From the IMG/VR virus record IMGVR_UViG_3300043449_000381, positions 1 to 58,316 of that record: a DNA stretch of 58,316 nt; one strand, written 5' to 3'. Source of the stretch: a virus. Lineage: Duplodnaviria > Caudoviricetes. The notes beneath the pieces are model-generated. The model searched no databases. It saw only the letters and a program-made list of their open reading frames with translations, and had not been told where the DNA came from. Of this stretch, positions 55,631 through 58,316 are shown one piece after another; position 1 is the first letter of the stretch, and every line of letters starts with the position of its first letter. A program made the translations under genes and the position numbers.

Positions 55631-55971
55631 TCTTTCCCCCTTGCTCGGATAGCGTTGGCGCATTTTTGCTGTATATCCCATTCCCCGCCAGTTTCTTCTT
55701 GCACTTCACACACCCTCGCACACGCCTCGCGCTCATCAAGCACGGCACTCTTCGGCACATAGCCTAGCTTCTCCAGCAGCGCGGGTTCGATCAGCATCTG
55801 ATTCTGCTGCAACTGTGGCGGCTCGGCGTACAGGGCAAAGGTTCGCGTGTCAGACTTCTTTCCCATCGTCACCGTTTCGTACACACCAAAGATGAAGCCT
55901 TGCAGTTCGTTCGGGTCGCAGTAGATCACCGGCAGCTTGGCTTCCTGCTGTGCTTTAAGTAGTGGGTCCAT
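55627..55971 (-). CDS. hypothetical protein
   Basis: EREACARVC...CANAIRARG motif common in phage accessory ORFs. Confidence 0.65.
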   Translation of the reverse strand: MDPLLKAQQEAKLPVIYCDPNELQGFIFGVYETVTMGKKSDTRTFALYAEPPQLQQNQMLIEPALLEKLGYVPKSAVLDEREACARVCEVQEETGGEWDIQQKCANAIRARGKE

Positions 55972-56374
55972 TACTTTTCTCCATTAGTTTGGCTTCTTTC
56001 TGCAACTGCTTTGCTAGATACTGCGCAAAATGCAAATCAATACGGTCATCGGGACCTACCAAACGCATAGTACGAGGATCGTAGTCAGTAAGTATGCTGC
56101 GAACCGACAACCCCCAACCAATAGAATGGTTGTAACAAAGACATGGTGACTCATCTTCCCGATGTTCGTACCCATAAATAATTGTTTTTACGCGATACTT
56201 TTCGTCGTTGTCCCCCTTGCCGCAAATCTCGCAGGTGCGGTTAGTTGATTTACGTATGTGTTGTTTGTATAGCGCATCAATTTCTTTCGCCAACTTCAAG
56301 ATTTTGGCTCGTACTTCTGCATGAGCATGGGGTCTTGATGTGTCGTGCATAAAGCTGAACGCGTCTTCAACCAT
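55955..56374 (-). CDS. hypothetical protein, possibly zinc-binding
   Basis: CEIC...CLCYNH. Confidence 0.55.
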   Translation of the reverse strand: MVEDAFSFMHDTSRPHAHAEVRAKILKLAKEIDALYKQHIRKSTNRTCEICGKGDNDEKYRVKTIIYGYEHREDESPCLCYNHSIGWGLSVRSILTDYDPRTMRLVGPDDRIDLHFAQYLAKQLQKEAKLMEKSNGPTT

Positions 56375-56624
56375 GATGTATCGTTTCGCCTAACGGAATT
56401 CCTTTTGAAGTCAAAGCTAACGGTATAAATCGCAGCCCAGCTTTGTGGAATGCTGCTGCTTCTATCTCCAGCTTTTTGGTGTTGATGATCTGCACCGCAA
56501 GCTTTGCAACAGCTGACGCCCTATGCGGGTCGCTCAACCCGTTGCGTAGTAAATCAAACTCTTCAAACAAAGCTTCACAAAGTCCTGCGCTAGTTTTCTT
56601 GGTAACTTTAATTGCTGCTTTCAT
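56367..56624 (-). CDS. hypothetical protein
   Basis: LFEEFDLLR...RASAVAKLAVQII helical motif; GGAGG RBS. Confidence 0.6.
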   Translation of the reverse strand: MKAAIKVTKKTSAGLCEALFEEFDLLRNGLSDPHRASAVAKLAVQIINTKKLEIEAAAFHKAGLRFIPLALTSKGIPLGETIHHG

Positions 56625-56943
56625 TGTTCTTCCTCCATTCTTCCATGAGTGTTTCTACTTGGCTCTTGAGCAAATAATTCTCTTGGGTTAGTTGGTGATT
56701 CTTTGCGTACAAATTCGCCTCCTCTTTCTGCTTCTCCTTCAGGTCTTTAATTTCTTGGTTCATCTGAAAGTTCTCTGCGTACAACTTTGCAATCACTGCT
56801 CTGTTGTCCTTGTCCCGCTCTGCTACCACCTTTACGAATTGTGCAACTGCGTCAACTAAGCTATTGAGTTGGACACTAATAGTTTTGGCTTCATGCCAAA
56901 TGTAGTCTTCGGTGACGCCTTTATTGATAATCTCTTCGTTCAT
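56608..56943 (-). CDS. coiled-coil hypothetical protein
   Basis: 111-aa ORF, AGGAG RBS. Confidence 0.6.
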   Translation of the reverse strand: MNEEIINKGVTEDYIWHEAKTISVQLNSLVDAVAQFVKVVAERDKDNRAVIAKLYAENFQMNQEIKDLKEKQKEEANLYAKNHQLTQENYLLKSQVETLMEEWRKNNESSN

Positions 56944-57218
56944 TGTTTTGCTCCTTCAGTTTTTTCGATTGCATGACGTAGTTGTTCTCTTACCATCAGT
57001 GATGTGCAATCATCCCTAAACTGCTCCGGCAACTCACGCCAACACATTTCTGCATACGGCTTACCTTTTATGTGTGTGGTGTAGTAAAGAGATCGACAGT
57101 AACGCCAGAGATCACGCACATGGTTTAAATGGACATCAACATTGGCAGGGTATTGCTTTTGTCGCACCATCCATTTTTGCTGTTGCAGCTGTCCGCACGT
57201 CGGACATTCAGTATTCAT
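56940..57218 (-). CDS. hypothetical protein
   Basis: 92-aa ORF, CPTCG N-terminus. Confidence 0.55.
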   Translation of the reverse strand: MNTECPTCGQLQQQKWMVRQKQYPANVDVHLNHVRDLWRYCRSLYYTTHIKGKPYAEMCWRELPEQFRDDCTSLMVREQLRHAIEKTEGAKQ

Positions 57219-57630
57219 AGTTCACCGTCTCCTCATTGGTCCGCAAAAGTCGTGCGCCGTTCTCGTAGTGGAAATTGCGGGCCCTCTCGGTCTTCGGACT
57301 CATGGTCACGATGCGCTTGATAGGGGAGCCTTGCACACGGGCCATTTCCAAGTACTCGCGGACCAGCTTGCTTCCTGCGCCTTTGCGATAGGACCAGATG
57401 CTGTACAAGATCGCGTTGTCTAAACATATCCTGCTTGGCGGTTCCATCAGTTCCTCCTCCGTGGCGGGTATTGTTTTGTGGAATGCGATGCACAGGATCG
57501 CCCCCAACTGTTTGTCTTCGATCAGCGCCCACACATCACGCGTGTACCCCAGTCGATCCTCGGGCTTGATGTTTGGACGCACAGGGTCTTCCAGCAAGAT
57601 AGGGTCAGGTTTTTGTAGTTGGACTAGCAT
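57208..57630 (-). CDS. GNAT-like acetyltransferase-fold protein
   Basis: YSIWSYRKGAGSKLV (acetyl-CoA loop-like), TMSP...ARNFHYENGA. Confidence 0.55.
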   Translation of the reverse strand: MLVQLQKPDPILLEDPVRPNIKPEDRLGYTRDVWALIEDKQLGAILCIAFHKTIPATEEELMEPPSRICLDNAILYSIWSYRKGAGSKLVREYLEMARVQGSPIKRIVTMSPKTERARNFHYENGARLLRTNEETVNYEY

Positions 57631-57920
57631 GTGTTGTTCTCCCTCAACTTGGCGTCGATCTTGTCAAACAGTGTGCGTGTGTAACCCTTGATCGGTCCTT
57701 CGTATGGCCCAACGATTTCTTTGATCTGATCATCGGTCAGGCTTTTCCATTCGCGCTTTGCGTCCAACGCTTTGTTTGCCATCTCAAGCGCATTTTTCAA
57801 CCTGTGCAGTTCGCGCTCTACCTCTTTCAGTTTTTCAATTGCAGCAAATGTTTTCTCGTTCATGTGTTCTTCCGGTATCCATTGCATGATCTGTCTCTTT
57901 CTCCATCCGTTAGCTGGCAT
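57624..57920 (-). CDS. hypothetical protein
   Basis: GWRKRQI, REWKSLTDDQI, IDAKLRENN motifs; start uncertain. Confidence 0.55.
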   Translation of the reverse strand: MPANGWRKRQIMQWIPEEHMNEKTFAAIEKLKEVERELHRLKNALEMANKALDAKREWKSLTDDQIKEIVGPYEGPIKGYTRTLFDKIDAKLRENNTC

Positions 57921-58095
57921 CTTGTTGCCACTTGCCATCGGCATCGCGCCGTCCATCAATCGGCCAGTAGTGCTTGCAATCCTCCGGATCAAACTGCGCC
58001 CACACTTGATACGGGCGTCTCGGTGTAGCGGTGTGTCTGTAGCAAGAGTCCTTCTTGTCGCACCCAGCGCCGGGACACATGGTGATGTCAGGCAT
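57910..58095 (-). CDS. small Cys-rich protein
   Basis: MPDITMCPGAGCDKKDSCYRH...C; AAGGAG RBS. Confidence 0.65.
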   Translation of the reverse strand: MPDITMCPGAGCDKKDSCYRHTATPRRPYQVWAQFDPEDCKHYWPIDGRRDADGKWQQDAS

Positions 58096-58279
58096 CTTTC
58101 TTCTCCTTAGCTTCCATCTCTCGGATATCCATCGCAGCATCAGCCACGCCGTGCCAGTCACGCTGGCGTATCTTGAGTTGCAAGTACGCAATCATCACTT
58201 CAATTTCTGATACTTGCCTCATGTCTGCTCCGTCACCGCCTCCGACACCAGTGGATTCTGTGTAGATTTTGTAAGTCAT
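58088..58279 (-). CDS. small hypothetical protein
   Basis: YLQLK...DWHGVADAAMDIRE. Confidence 0.6.
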   Translation of the reverse strand: MTYKIYTESTGVGGGDGADMRQVSEIEVMIAYLQLKIRQRDWHGVADAAMDIREMEAKEKKDA

Positions 58280-58316
58280 GCTCCCCCCTTCCGTCGTTCC
58301 AGTTCTTCTATCCGCT

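Noticed and set aside
58280-58316. Window being a complete circular genome
   Set aside because: The right end encodes the tail of a different small ORF and does not continue the VWA gene truncated at position 1; no terminal repeat was seen.
1-58316. tRNA genes, integrase, alternative genetic code
   Set aside because: No cloverleaf with a T-loop in the intergenic gaps, no recombinase motifs, and long genes are intact in the standard code.

Overview
The window is most of the genome (about 58 kb, ends not joined) of a tailed dsDNA phage, probably podovirus-like and probably infecting a Gram-negative host. It has three blocks. (1) 1-8370, minus strand: early/accessory region with a MoxR-type AAA ATPase, a HExxH+VWA protein, a DUF3150-like protein and many small ORFs. 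It also holds five near-consensus sigma70 promoters, six copies of an 18-bp palindrome, an iteron/AT-rich/IHF-site region and repeated promoter-gene-terminator cassettes. (2) 8521-45449, plus strand: HNH endonuclease, terminase, portal, GroES-like protein, scaffold, Mu-gpT-like major capsid with a downstream pseudoknotted RNA candidate, a glycosyltransferase, basic [MFY]xxGG-repeat proteins, adaptor and fibre genes, a lysis cassette (GH108 endolysin), tail nozzle, ejection proteins and a 2071-aa polyvalent protein. (3) 45446-58316, minus strand: primase-helicase, SSB-like protein, SNF2 helicase, Cas4-like nuclease, family A DNA polymerase and small ORFs. No integrase, tRNA, CRISPR array or reverse transcriptase was seen. 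The most unusual items are the early-gene cassette array and its operator, a multi-hairpin intergenic element whose loop matches the 16S rRNA anti-Shine-Dalgarno tail, and the shared [MFY]xxGG motif in virion-region proteins. All family calls come from motif recognition by eye, not database searches.
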